Source: Candidatus Doudnabacteria bacterium RIFCSPHIGHO2_01_FULL_46_14 (GTDB lineage: Bacteria; Patescibacteriota; Doudnabacteria; UBA920; 2-01-FULL-46-14). From it: DNA of 64,000 nt. A program made the translations under genes and the position numbers. The notes beneath the pieces were generated by a model. The model was not told where the DNA came from. It saw nothing but the letters and a program-made list of their open reading frames with translations, and searched no databases. The stretch covers positions 4,108 through 68,107 of the forward strand of contig MFEK01000007.1 of NCBI GenBank assembly GCA_001779925.1, given 5' to 3'. Shown here in pieces: positions 26,888-36,471 of this stretch (its first letter is position 1; the number at the start of each line of letters is the position of its first letter).

Positions 26888-29800
26888 ATGCAATTTACGC
26901 ATCTTCACGTCCATTCACACTATTCCCTACTCGATGGGTTATCAAAAATCCCGGATCTTATAAGCGCCGTGCAAAAAAAAGGCATGGAGGCCGTGGCTCT
27001 GACAGACCATGGGGCGCTTTATGGTGCGCTCGAGTTTTACAAAGCAGCCCGACGCTCGGGTGTAAAGCCGATTATCGGCCTCGAGGCTTATGTGGCGCCA
27101 GGTAGCATGCTGGAAAAAAAGACTCCGGCCGACGCGGATTATTTTCACATGATCTTGCTGGCCCGCAATAACGAAGGCTACCAGAACCTTTTAAAGCTCG
27201 TTACCGCATCACACCTTGAAGGGTACTATTACAAACCACGCATTGATAAAAAATTACTCTCACAGTACTCATCCGGCCTGATCGGCCTATCAGGGTGTCT
27301 GCGCGGCGAGATTGCCCGGGCGGTCGCGGCCGGCAATTTTGATTCTGCAAAAAGAATCGCCCTGGAATACCAAAATATATTTGAGCCGGATGGTTTCTAC
27401 CTGGAACTGCAGAGAAACCTCGAGGAACCTCAGCAACAAACCGTCAACGACGGCCTAATCAAAATTTCCCGCGAGACTTCGATTCCGATCGTGGCAACCA
27501 ATGATGCGCACTACCTCAACCCGGAAGATAACGCGGCCCAGGACATCCTGGTTTGCATCGGCACCGGAACAACCGTAGAACAAACTGACCGTCTGGATAT
27601 GAGAAAAATGAAACTGCACCTGGCCTCGCCGGAAGAAATGGCAGAGCTATTTTCTGATATTCCCGAAGCGATCGCTAACACGCAAAAAATCGCGGACATG
27701 GTAGACCTGACGCTTTCCTTGGAAAAACGCCATTTCCCAAGCTTCCCGGTACCGGAAGGACAAAACGCGGAAGACTATCTGGAAAAGCTTTCGCTTAGAG
27801 GATTGAAAGAAAAAAAACCAGACCGCGAGCTCCCCGCAGAAATTTTGACCCGGCTGAACTATGAGCTTGATGTCATCAAAAAGAAAGGATACGCCGGGTA
27901 TTTCCTGGTAGTCGCGGATTTTGTAAACTGGTCGCGTGCGCGCGGCATTATCAGCACCACGCGCGGCTCTGCGGCCGGCTCTCTGGTGGCTTACGCGCTG
28001 GGCATTACGACCCTGAACCCTATAGAATACAAACTGCCGTTTGAGCGCTTTCTTAATCCCTACCGCCCCACTCCCCCCGATATTGATATGGATTTTGCCG
28101 ATAATCGCCGAGACGAGGTTTTAAATTATGTCAGCGACAAATACGGCCGCGATCGGGTTGCGCAAATCGTAACGTTTGGAACCATGATGGCCAGGGCTGC
28201 GGTACGCGATGTTGGCCGCGCTTTAGGCGTTGCGTATTCGAAATGCGACCGAATCGCGAAGATGATCCCCTTAGGCAAGCAGGGTTTCCACATGACCATA
28301 GAAAAAGCTTTGACGCTTGCGCCGGAGCTCAAAGAAGCCTTTGACCGCGACCAGGAGACGCGAAACCTCATCGAGCTTGCGCGCAAAGTCGAAGGCTGCG
28401 CCCGGCATGCTTCAGTCCACGCCGCCGGCGTGGTCATTGCCCCGACAAGCTTGTCCTCCTATACCCCGCTGCAGCTTGACACTGACAACAAAAACATCAT
28501 CACTCAATATGACATGCACTCTGTGGAAGAAGCGGGCCTTGTAAAAATGGATTTTCTGGGGATCCGCAACCTTTCCATTTTAGGAAATGCGGTCGAGGTG
28601 GTCCGCACTTCACGCGGTATTGATATTGATCTGGGAAAAATTCCGCTTGATGATCCGAAAACCTACAAACTGTTGTCCCTAGGGCGCACCATGGGAGTGT
28701 TTCAGCTTGGAGGAAGCGGTATGACCAAATATCTTGTGGATCTCAAACCCACGAACATCTTTGATATCATGGCCATGATATCTTTGTACCGCCCCGGCCC
28801 CATGGAATCGATTCCGGAATTTATCCAGAGAAAACACAATGCCGCGCTGATCACTTATATTGATCCGCGGCTCAAAGAAATTTTGGATATGTCCTATGGA
28901 GTCATCACTTACCAAGAAGACGTACTGCTGACCGCAATCACTGTTGCGGGATACACCTGGGAAGAAGCCGACAAGCTCAGAAAAGCAATGGGCAAAAAAA
29001 TCCCAAAAGAGATGATGGCCCAAAAAGAAAAATTTATCCAAGGAGCGATCACGGGAGGCTTGTCCTCAGAAAAGGCGGTCAAGCTTTGGGCTCTCATCGA
29101 ACCGTTTGCGGCTTACGGCTTTGGCAAAGCGCACGCTGCCTCTTACGCAATGGTAGCCTACCAAACGGCTTATATGAAAGCCAATTTTCCGGTCGAGTTC
29201 ATGGCCGCGGTCATGACTGCCGAGGCTGGGGATAATGAAAAAGTTGCGCAGGCAGTCAATGAATGCGCCAGTCTGGAGATTGAGGTCCTGCCGCCTGATG
29301 TAAACGAATCCCTGGCCAATTTTACCGCCATAAACGATCGCCAGATTCGCTTCGGCCTCAATGCCATAAAAAATCTTGGCTCAGACGTCATTGAGACCAT
29401 TATCGCCGAACGCGCTAAAGGAGGTGAATTTGCCTCGCTGGGTGATTTTGTTCGCCGCATGAAAACCCGCAATTTCAATAAAAAATCCTGGGAAGCGCTG
29501 GCGAAAAGCGGTTCGCTGGACAGGTACGGAGAGCGCAACCAATTGCTTTTGAACACCGAGATCATCCTCGAATACGCAAAGGCCGAACAAAAACAGCTGG
29601 CCTCCGGCCAATCCATGCTCCTCGGCGGCGCCACTGCCGCGGCTCAGGAACTGCTATTGAGGAACGCGCCGCAGGCCTCAGACCAGGAAAAACTTTCCTG
29701 GGAGAAAGAGCTGCTCGGCCTGTATGTTTCCTCGCACCCTCTGCGCAGCCATCGCGCGCTTCTGGAAAAATACTGCAAGCCGATTAATGTCCTTTCCATT

Positions 29801-30508
29801 GCGGACGAAAACCAGTATTTCACTATCGGCGGCATCATCACCCGCATCCAAAACATTCTCACCAAAAAAGGCGATCAGATGTGTTTTGCGGATATTGAGG
29901 ACGAAAGCGGCAAGCTGGAGCTGGTTGTGTTTCCGAATGTTTATAGTGAATCCAAATCCTTGCTCGCGGTAGACCAAATCCTTCTCACGAGAGGCAAGAT
30001 TTCCGATAAAGATGGGGAAATAAAACTGCTGGTGGATTCTATGAAATTGATTGGAGACGCGGATTTGGAAAAATGGGTTAACACTCGTAACTCCCCTAAC
30101 CCCTCTTACCCTAAGAGGGGTATTGCCCCCCACCTAACCTCCCCCACTGCCTACTCCGCCGAAGTGGCTACGGAGGCCGGACAGGGGGGAGGAAAAAATG
30201 CAGGGGATTTCCCTCCCCAGAACAGGACTTACTCTTCTATCTTCCCTCCCCCCGGTGAGGAGGGACTGAGGGAGGGGGGGCGCGTTCTCAAAATCAAAAT
30301 CCCCAAAACCGCAGACCCGCAGGTGTTTAACAAATTAAAAATCGTGTTCAACAAATTCCCAGGCGAGGTGGCCGTGTCCCTCGTCATCCCCGACCGCGAA
30401 GGAACGGAACGGGAAGTGAAAACTGACTTTAAAGTAGACAGCACCGACCTGTTCAAAACCGAGTTGCGGGAACTCTTACGCCAGAGCATCCAGCACGTCA
30501 AGTCTTGA
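26888..30508 (+). CDS. dnaE: DNA polymerase III alpha subunit with a ~190-nt in-frame repeat insertion near the C-terminus
   Basis: PHP domain (HLHVHSHYSLLDG), polymerase core, OB-fold region. The C-terminal region contains translated family A palindromic elements at 30089-30281. Confidence 0.9.
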   Translation: MQFTHLHVHSHYSLLDGLSKIPDLISAVQKKGMEAVALTDHGALYGALEFYKAARRSGVKPIIGLEAYVAPGSMLEKKTPADADYFHMILLARNNEGYQNLLKLVTASHLEGYYYKPRIDKKLLSQYSSGLIGLSGCLRGEIARAVAAGNFDSAKRIALEYQNIFEPDGFYLELQRNLEEPQQQTVNDGLIKISRETSIPIVATNDAHYLNPEDNAAQDILVCIGTGTTVEQTDRLDMRKMKLHLASPEEMAELFSDIPEAIANTQKIADMVDLTLSLEKRHFPSFPVPEGQNAEDYLEKLSLRGLKEKKPDRELPAEILTRLNYELDVIKKKGYAGYFLVVADFVNWSRARGIISTTRGSAAGSLVAYALGITTLNPIEYKLPFERFLNPYRPTPPDIDMDFADNRRDEVLNYVSDKYGRDRVAQIVTFGTMMARAAVRDVGRALGVAYSKCDRIAKMIPLGKQGFHMTIEKALTLAPELKEAFDRDQETRNLIELARKVEGCARHASVHAAGVVIAPTSLSSYTPLQLDTDNKNIITQYDMHSVEEAGLVKMDFLGIRNLSILGNAVEVVRTSRGIDIDLGKIPLDDPKTYKLLSLGRTMGVFQLGGSGMTKYLVDLKPTNIFDIMAMISLYRPGPMESIPEFIQRKHNAALITYIDPRLKEILDMSYGVITYQEDVLLTAITVAGYTWEEADKLRKAMGKKIPKEMMAQKEKFIQGAITGGLSSEKAVKLWALIEPFAAYGFGKAHAASYAMVAYQTAYMKANFPVEFMAAVMTAEAGDNEKVAQAVNECASLEIEVLPPDVNESLANFTAINDRQIRFGLNAIKNLGSDVIETIIAERAKGGEFASLGDFVRRMKTRNFNKKSWEALAKSGSLDRYGERNQLLLNTEIILEYAKAEQKQLASGQSMLLGGATAAAQELLLRNAPQASDQEKLSWEKELLGLYVSSHPLRSHRALLEKYCKPINVLSIADENQYFTIGGIITRIQNILTKKGDQMCFADIEDESGKLELVVFPNVYSESKSLLAVDQILLTRGKISDKDGEIKLLVDSMKLIGDADLEKWVNTRNSPNPSYPKRGIAPHLTSPTAYSAEVATEAGQGGGKNAGDFPPQNRTYSSIFPPPGEEGLREGGRVLKIKIPKTADPQVFNKLKIVFNKFPGEVAVSLVIPDREGTEREVKTDFKVDSTDLFKTELRELLRQSIQHVKS
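30089..30281. repeat. GC-rich composite palindromic elements (family A) inside dnaE, in frame
   Basis: aactcccctaacccctcttaccctaagagggg...ccccccacctaacctccccc...ggacaggggggaggaaaaa...cttccctccccccggtgaggagggactgagggaggggggg. Confidence 0.85.
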
Positions 30509-30562
30509 CCTCCTAATTGAATTTCCGTATCCTTCATCTGACCATAATCCAAGGAGGATACG

Positions 30563-30946
30563 TTGAAAATTCTATTGTTTGCACCTTTCGGCCACGACAA
30601 GCTCAGCTCGTTAGCGCAAGCGCTAAAAGACGACACAGTTAAAATCTACTCCGAACTCCAGGCCGCTGATCTGCTGGAAGTCATGGATACCTTCGATCCA
30701 GAGCTCGTAGTAATGTTCTGGGATGGCTCAGACTCGTCAGAAGAAAAGAGAACAATGTCCAACCGGTGCTGGGATCTAATCCGAATCGTTAGGCGATACC
30801 GCAGTACCATTTGGGTAGTCGATGATTATTATCCCCATGAAACCAAAGATTACCAACGTCTATGCGACAAAGTCTTCGACGAAGACTTGTTCACCCCCGA
30901 AGTTTTCGCCGCCTTGATCAAAGCCGCCAGTCCGGTGCTGGCATGA
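30563..30946 (+). CDS. Hypothetical protein (TTG start, strong RBS)
   Basis: AAGGAGG 7 nt upstream; 127 aa. Confidence 0.35.
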   Translation: MKILLFAPFGHDKLSSLAQALKDDTVKIYSELQAADLLEVMDTFDPELVVMFWDGSDSSEEKRTMSNRCWDLIRIVRRYRSTIWVVDDYYPHETKDYQRLCDKVFDEDLFTPEVFAALIKAASPVLA

Positions 30947-30984
30947 TTGACAAGTTCCGCCCAGAATCTTAGACTTTAATTACC

Positions 30985-31127
30985 GATAGCGTTTGGACGA
31001 AGCCTAACCATCTTCGGAGCAATCGGTAAATCGAGAAAGTGTCTCCGACGCAAGGTCGGAGGAAGCCGGGTGGAACCGCTCCGACCATAGTCGGAGTCCC
31101 AGCAACAAGGATGTTGCTGGTTTTTTA
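30985..31127 (+). promoter_or_regulatory. thrS leader: candidate T-box-like element with a terminator
   Basis: Stem taccgat...atcggta with ACC in the loop, GGGTGGAACCGC (T-box core-like), then terminator cccagcaacaaggatgttgctggtttttt. Alternatively the CTCCGAC...GTCGGAG hairpins belong to a small repeat family also seen at 10717-10760. Confidence 0.3.
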
Positions 31128-31217
31128 TTTAATTAAAAGCATTGTCATTCCTGACTTGATCCGGAATCCAGAACCCAATGGATCCCAAATCAAGTTTGGG
31201 ATGACAGAAATGAGACT

Positions 31218-32957
31218 ATGAAATCACTCGAAAATAATCGCCACTCACTCGCTCATCTTTTGGCTGCGGCAGTAATGGATCTGTGGCCGGATACCAAACG
31301 GACAATCGGCCCGGCGATCGACAATGGCTTTTATTTTGATTTCCAATTCTCCAAACCTATCTCAGATTCTGATCTGCCGAAAATCGAAAAAAAGATGCGG
31401 CAGATTCTACCGACCTGGGACAAATTTGAGAAGCACGAACTTTCTGCCGCAGAAGCCAAAAAAGAATATCCAGACAATTTGTTCAAACACGAACTCATTG
31501 ACGAATTTGCCAAGGACAGCGGTAAACTTAGCTTTTACAAATCCGGTGACTATTGGGATTTGTGCAAGGGCGGACATGTGGAAAGCATGAAAGAGGTAAA
31601 ACCTGATTCGTTCAAGCTCTCTCACATCGCAGGAGCGTATTGGCGCGGGGATGAAAAAAATCCCATGCTGACGCGGGTCTATGGCCTGGCGTTTGCCAGC
31701 AAACAGGAACTGGAGGAGCATTTAAAAATGCTGGAAGAAGCCAAAAAACGCGACCACAAAAAGCTTGGCGTGGACCTGGATCTATTTACTTTCTCGAATC
31801 TGGTTGGGGCAGGTCTGCCGCTATGGACTCCTAAAGGCACTATCCTCCGGGATTTACTGGATGATTATGTGTGGCACCTTCGACAAATTCGAGGTTATCA
31901 AAAAGTCGAAATCCCGCATATCACCAAAAAAGATCTCTATGAAAAAAGCGGTCACTGGGACAAATTTAAGGACGAACTCATGCGGATAAATACCCGAGAA
32001 GGACATGAATTTGCCATGAAGCCTATGAACTGCCCTCATCATATACAGATTTTTACCCGGAAGCCTCACAGCTATCGCGAAATGCCCCAACGCTACGCCA
32101 GCACAACCATGGTTTACCGCGACGAGCAAACCGGCGAACTTTCAGGACTTTCCAGGGTGCGTTCAATTACGCAAGATGATGCGCACGTTTTTGCCAGGCA
32201 TAACCAGATCAAAGACGAGATTCTCAAAGTCTGGGAAATAGTGGACGAATTTTACAGCGCATTTGGCTTTCCTATGGAAATTAGACTTTCCCTGCACGAT
32301 CCTGAGCAAAAGGATAAATATCTCGGCGATGCAAAAATTTGGAATGAAGCCGAAGATACACTGCGAGCTATCGCTAAACAAAAAAAAGTGAAGCCGATAG
32401 AAGGAATCGGTGAAGCTGCGTTTTATGGTCCAAAAATCGATTTCATGGCGAAAGATTCACTTGGACGACAGTGGCAGGTTGCAACTATTCAACTTGATTT
32501 TAATCAACCAGAACGATTTGACCTCGCCTGTGCTAACGAAAAAGGCGAAAAGGAACGAATAGCCATGATTCACGCGGCCGTTATGGGAGCTATTGAAAGG
32601 TTTATATCTATCATCATCGAGCATTTCGCCGGCGCGTTTCCGCTGTGGCTGTCCCCTGTCCAGGTCGCGATTTTGCCGATCAATGATGAGGTGGTGGAAT
32701 ATTCCGAAAAAATTGCCGCAGAATTGCGTACAGCAGGATTGAGGATCGAGCTCGACAGCCGCAACGAATCAATCGGCAAAAAAATCAGAGAAGCCGAGAA
32801 ACAAAAAATCCCCTATATGCTTATCATCGGGAAAAAAGAAATGGAAGCAGAAACAATCTCTGTACGGGGCAGGGGTGAAAAGGACCTAGGCAGTATGAGC
32901 CTGGACAAATTCATTGAGAAGATTCAAAAAGAAATCAGCGAAAAACAGATTCAATAA
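31218..32957 (+). CDS. thrS: Threonyl-tRNA synthetase (short form without N-terminal TGS domain)
   Basis: Class II motifs, HMIHAAVMGAIERF, anticodon-binding C-terminus. Confidence 0.9.
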   Translation: MKSLENNRHSLAHLLAAAVMDLWPDTKRTIGPAIDNGFYFDFQFSKPISDSDLPKIEKKMRQILPTWDKFEKHELSAAEAKKEYPDNLFKHELIDEFAKDSGKLSFYKSGDYWDLCKGGHVESMKEVKPDSFKLSHIAGAYWRGDEKNPMLTRVYGLAFASKQELEEHLKMLEEAKKRDHKKLGVDLDLFTFSNLVGAGLPLWTPKGTILRDLLDDYVWHLRQIRGYQKVEIPHITKKDLYEKSGHWDKFKDELMRINTREGHEFAMKPMNCPHHIQIFTRKPHSYREMPQRYASTTMVYRDEQTGELSGLSRVRSITQDDAHVFARHNQIKDEILKVWEIVDEFYSAFGFPMEIRLSLHDPEQKDKYLGDAKIWNEAEDTLRAIAKQKKVKPIEGIGEAAFYGPKIDFMAKDSLGRQWQVATIQLDFNQPERFDLACANEKGEKERIAMIHAAVMGAIERFISIIIEHFAGAFPLWLSPVQVAILPINDEVVEYSEKIAAELRTAGLRIELDSRNESIGKKIREAEKQKIPYMLIIGKKEMEAETISVRGRGEKDLGSMSLDKFIEKIQKEISEKQIQ

Positions 32958-33811
32958 ATAATATCTTTCGCCTGTTTGATGATTTCATAGGCCCGCAAGT
33001 TAAGACCAGCTTTGCGGTGATTTTCTGCTTCGTCGAGCAGGTCTGAGACTTGTTTGATTTTCTCTTTGCCCTGAACCGTGAGCAAAGCCTCTCGTACTAA
33101 AGTGATATGTTTGGAGAGAATGGTGCTGTGCTTGCGGATATCCGCTTCATTGGCCTGGTATTTTTCCACCATGAATCTGAAAATCTTTTCGTTTTGGCCG
33201 CGAGCTATAGATAACGCTTCTAATGCCACGGAAGGAATTTTCTCTACTGGCGCGCCTTCTTTGAGCTCGCGGAGATATTTTTCCTGAAGCCGGGTTTCTT
33301 CTTCGAATCGGTCTGCGACTGCAATCTCATTGCCGTCAATAAAGACAATCTTTTCAGCCATGTCCTCCGCGCTTTCCAAATAGTATTGGTAACGCCCGAG
33401 CGCCTGATTGAGATATTTCTCTTTCATCTCAGGAACAAACAAGAGGGCGCCAATTTCAGCCACGCGCTCGGATGCATAGGCCAATTTTTTAGCTTGCTTC
33501 TTTTTTGTGCTGAGCGTGAAAATGTTGACTGACAGCCACTCGGCTGGCTTTTCGAAAATATAAGCCAGCTCGCCAGGCAGTCGTCCCGGATCAGCCTCTA
33601 GCTCCGGCTCCAGACCGTGAGCCAGGACAGTTAAAGGCAAAAATACTATAATAATTATGATCGACAATATTCTCATCAATATGAATAATAACATTGGGCT
33701 GGAAAATCTCAAAGATGAACGCGCTACACGGCGCGAGAAAAAGAAACGGCCACGCATGCGAGTGCATGGGAGGAGCTTAAAAAAACCTAATTTGAGAGCC
33801 GTAAAACACAT
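32951..33811 (-). CDS. Hypothetical secreted/membrane protein (start probably MRILSII near 33675)
   Basis: Signal/TM segment followed by a helical domain. Confidence 0.35.
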   Translation of the reverse strand: MCFTALKLGFFKLLPCTRMRGRFFFSRRVARSSLRFSSPMLLFILMRILSIIIIIVFLPLTVLAHGLEPELEADPGRLPGELAYIFEKPAEWLSVNIFTLSTKKKQAKKLAYASERVAEIGALLFVPEMKEKYLNQALGRYQYYLESAEDMAEKIVFIDGNEIAVADRFEEETRLQEKYLRELKEGAPVEKIPSVALEALSIARGQNEKIFRFMVEKYQANEADIRKHSTILSKHITLVREALLTVQGKEKIKQVSDLLDEAENHRKAGLNLRAYEIIKQAKDIIY

Positions 33812-33911
33812 TGCTAAAATTGAACGCCGGAAGAATAAATAACTCCTCCTCGCCTCCCATTAAATTAAGGGGAGGAAACTATCCTCTTAAGATAAGCGGG
33901 GCGGAAAAATT

Positions 33912-34862
33912 ATGAAGTTGCCAAAGCTCATCATCATAACCGGACCCACCGCCTCCGGAAAGACTGCCTTGTCTTTAAAATTGGCCAAAAAAATTCACGG
34001 CGAAATAATCTCAGCTGACAGCCGGCAAATCTATCGCGGCATGGACATCGGGACGGCAAAACCGTCCCGAGATCAAAGATCAAAAATCAAAGATCAAAAT
34101 TTTTATTCCAAAGGGATTCGCCACCACCTCATTGATATTCGTAATCCTGATCAGCCCTATACTCTGGCTGAGTTCAAACGCGATGCCATAAAAGCGATAA
34201 ATACCATTGCGAAACGCGGCCGCGTCCCCTTTCTGGTCGGCGGCACAGCTCTCTACATCTGGGCTATTCTGGAAAATCCGGAAATACCCGAGGTTAAACC
34301 GAATAGCAAATTTAGAAATCTGCTTGAACGACAGTTACAGCGACACGGCGTTCAATACCTCTACAAAAAACTAATTCTAAAAGACCCCGAAGCCGCCTGC
34401 ATCATTGATCCAAAAAATCCCCGCAGAATCATCCGCGCTCTGGAAATAATGCACGCTACAGGCAAACCGTTTTCGGATTCTCGAAAAAAAGGAGCATCGC
34501 TCTTTGATTGCATGGTTTTGGGAATGAAACTGCCGCCCGCAAAATTGAAAAAAATAATCAAGCTTCGCGCAGCCCAGCAGTTACGCTCCAATCTCATTTC
34601 CGAAGTCCGAAGATTAACTAAAAAATATGGCATACAAAGGCAAGCCTTTGATGCTATAGGCTACCGCGAAATAATTTCTCATTTGAATGGGCAAATTTCC
34701 AAAGCCGAAGCTCTAAAACAAATCCAAAACAACACCTGGCATTTTGCTGGCCGCCAGATGACCTGGTTTAAAAAACTACCGATTGAGTGGATCAAAAATT
34801 ACAAGCAGGCTGAAACGAAAATCAAAACGCATTTATTCCTCCCCCTTGAAGGGGGAGGTTAG
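33912..34862 (+). CDS. miaA: tRNA dimethylallyltransferase
   Basis: P-loop GPTASGKT, DSRQIYRGMDIGTAKP. The last 9 codons and stop lie in a palindromic element. Confidence 0.85.
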   Translation: MKLPKLIIITGPTASGKTALSLKLAKKIHGEIISADSRQIYRGMDIGTAKPSRDQRSKIKDQNFYSKGIRHHLIDIRNPDQPYTLAEFKRDAIKAINTIAKRGRVPFLVGGTALYIWAILENPEIPEVKPNSKFRNLLERQLQRHGVQYLYKKLILKDPEAACIIDPKNPRRIIRALEIMHATGKPFSDSRKKGASLFDCMVLGMKLPPAKLKKIIKLRAAQQLRSNLISEVRRLTKKYGIQRQAFDAIGYREIISHLNGQISKAEALKQIQNNTWHFAGRQMTWFKKLPIEWIKNYKQAETKIKTHLFLPLEGGG

Positions 34863-34924
34863 GTGGGGATGGAGAATTTAAGTACTTCACCCCTCCCTTA
34901 ATCCCTCCCCCTCAAGGGGAGGGA
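34837..34924. repeat. GC-rich palindromic hairpin elements (family A), three hairpins overlapping the miaA 3' end
   Basis: ttcctcccccttgaagggggagg...cacccctcccttaatccctccccctcaaggggaggg. Confidence 0.8.
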
Positions 34925-34932
34925 AAATTTCT

Positions 34933-36402
34933 TTAATGTAATTTTTCTTCAAGTAACCTACTGGCCACTTGCGGGTTGGCTTTCCCTTTCATTTCCGCCA
35001 TGATTTTGCCAACCAAAAATCCAAGGGCTTGTTTTTTGCCGCCTTTATAATCCGCGACAACATTGGCATTTTTAGCGATCACCTTGTCAACAACAGCTGT
35101 AATCGCGACTTCATCAGAGACTTGGGAGAGTCCCTCGTCCGCGGCTACATGCGAAGGATCGCCGCCGGTTTCGAACATCACTTCTAGAATCCTTTTGGCA
35201 GCTGTGGTAGAGACCTGGCCTTGATGGATCATTTTGATAAGCTCAGCCAGATTCTCTGCGGTGATGCGTGAGTTCTGCGGATCAATGCCCTCGATTTTGA
35301 GTAAAGCCTGAAGATCCCCACTGATCCAGTTGTAAGCCATCTTGGCCAGCTTGGCAATATCCGCCTCCAGTCTTTCCTCCTTGAACCATTCTTCCAGTTC
35401 TGAGACAACCTCCTCAAAATAGGCAGCCAAATTTTTGTCATTGACCAGCACCCCTGCATCTCGGTCCTGCAAACTAAATTCGGAAATAAATCTTTCCTCC
35501 TTTTGAGCTGGGAGCTCCGGGAGTTCTGCGCGTATCTTTTCCACATCCCCGCGGATAAAATGCATTATTGGCAAATCAGGCTCGGGAAAATAGCGGTAAT
35601 CATGGGCCTGCTCTTTAGTACGCTGCTCGACAGTAATCCCTTTGCTATCGTCCCACCCCCTGGTTTGGCTGGTCAATTTTTCTCCGCTTTCCTGCATTTC
35701 GCTTTGGCGCTTGATCTCATAGTTGAGCGCGGCTTCCACGGATTTAAAAGAATTAAGATTTTTAACCTCGATTTTATACGGCGGCAGATCCTGACTGCCT
35801 GCTGGACGCAGAGAAATATTTGCATCGCACCGCATATGTCCTTTTTCCATGTCCGCGTCTGAAACTCCGAGATACCGGACGATGTTTCGAAGATTTTGTA
35901 AAAAAATTTTTGCTTCGGCAGGGGTTCGAAAATCCGGTTCCGTTACAGTTTCAAGAAGCGGAACGCCGGCCCGATTCAGATCCACGAGCGTGGTACTTCC
36001 CTCATGAATCAATTTCCCCGCATCTTCCTCCAGATGCGCCCGGGTGATGCGAATCGGTCGCTTTTTGCCCTCGTATTCAACAACCTGGATACCGGCCCCG
36101 CAGATTGGCTGATCAAATTGGGAAATTTGGTATCCTTTAGGTAGATCCGGATAAAAATAATTTTTCCGGTCAAATTTGCTATATTCAGGGATCTCGCAGC
36201 CCAGCGCCAAACCGACCAAAATAGCCATATGAACCGCCTCTTTATTTATGACCGGCATTGATCCGGGCTGGGCAGTGCAAACCTCGCAGATATTCCGGTT
36301 CGGCTCAGTCTCGTCCGGATTATTCGGCGAGGCGCAAAACATTTTGGATCGTGTTTTCAATTGCACGTGTATTTCGAGACCGATGACTGGTTCGTAGTTC
36401 AT
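34933..36402 (-). CDS. gatB: Asp/Glu-tRNA amidotransferase subunit B
   Basis: MNYEPVIGLEIHVQLKT..., GatB/YqeY C-terminal domain. Confidence 0.9.
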   Translation of the reverse strand: MNYEPVIGLEIHVQLKTRSKMFCASPNNPDETEPNRNICEVCTAQPGSMPVINKEAVHMAILVGLALGCEIPEYSKFDRKNYFYPDLPKGYQISQFDQPICGAGIQVVEYEGKKRPIRITRAHLEEDAGKLIHEGSTTLVDLNRAGVPLLETVTEPDFRTPAEAKIFLQNLRNIVRYLGVSDADMEKGHMRCDANISLRPAGSQDLPPYKIEVKNLNSFKSVEAALNYEIKRQSEMQESGEKLTSQTRGWDDSKGITVEQRTKEQAHDYRYFPEPDLPIMHFIRGDVEKIRAELPELPAQKEERFISEFSLQDRDAGVLVNDKNLAAYFEEVVSELEEWFKEERLEADIAKLAKMAYNWISGDLQALLKIEGIDPQNSRITAENLAELIKMIHQGQVSTTAAKRILEVMFETGGDPSHVAADEGLSQVSDEVAITAVVDKVIAKNANVVADYKGGKKQALGFLVGKIMAEMKGKANPQVASRLLEEKLH

Positions 36403-36471
36403 GTATTTATGCGATAATTCATAACTCAGTTCTCAAACCTAACTCTGACGTTTAACATACAAATTTTAAGT

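Noticed and set aside
20176-30281. Interpreting the in-frame GC-rich insertions as inteins or introns
   Set aside because: They are far too short (12-65 aa) for inteins and lack the block A/B/F/G motifs and a C-terminal Asn. Nothing suggests RNA splicing signals. The DNA-level hairpin symmetry points to palindromic element insertion.
31039-31221. 60-aa ORF upstream of thrS
   Set aside because: It lies within the structured thrS leader and terminator, with no RBS. Leader-peptide function is not supported.
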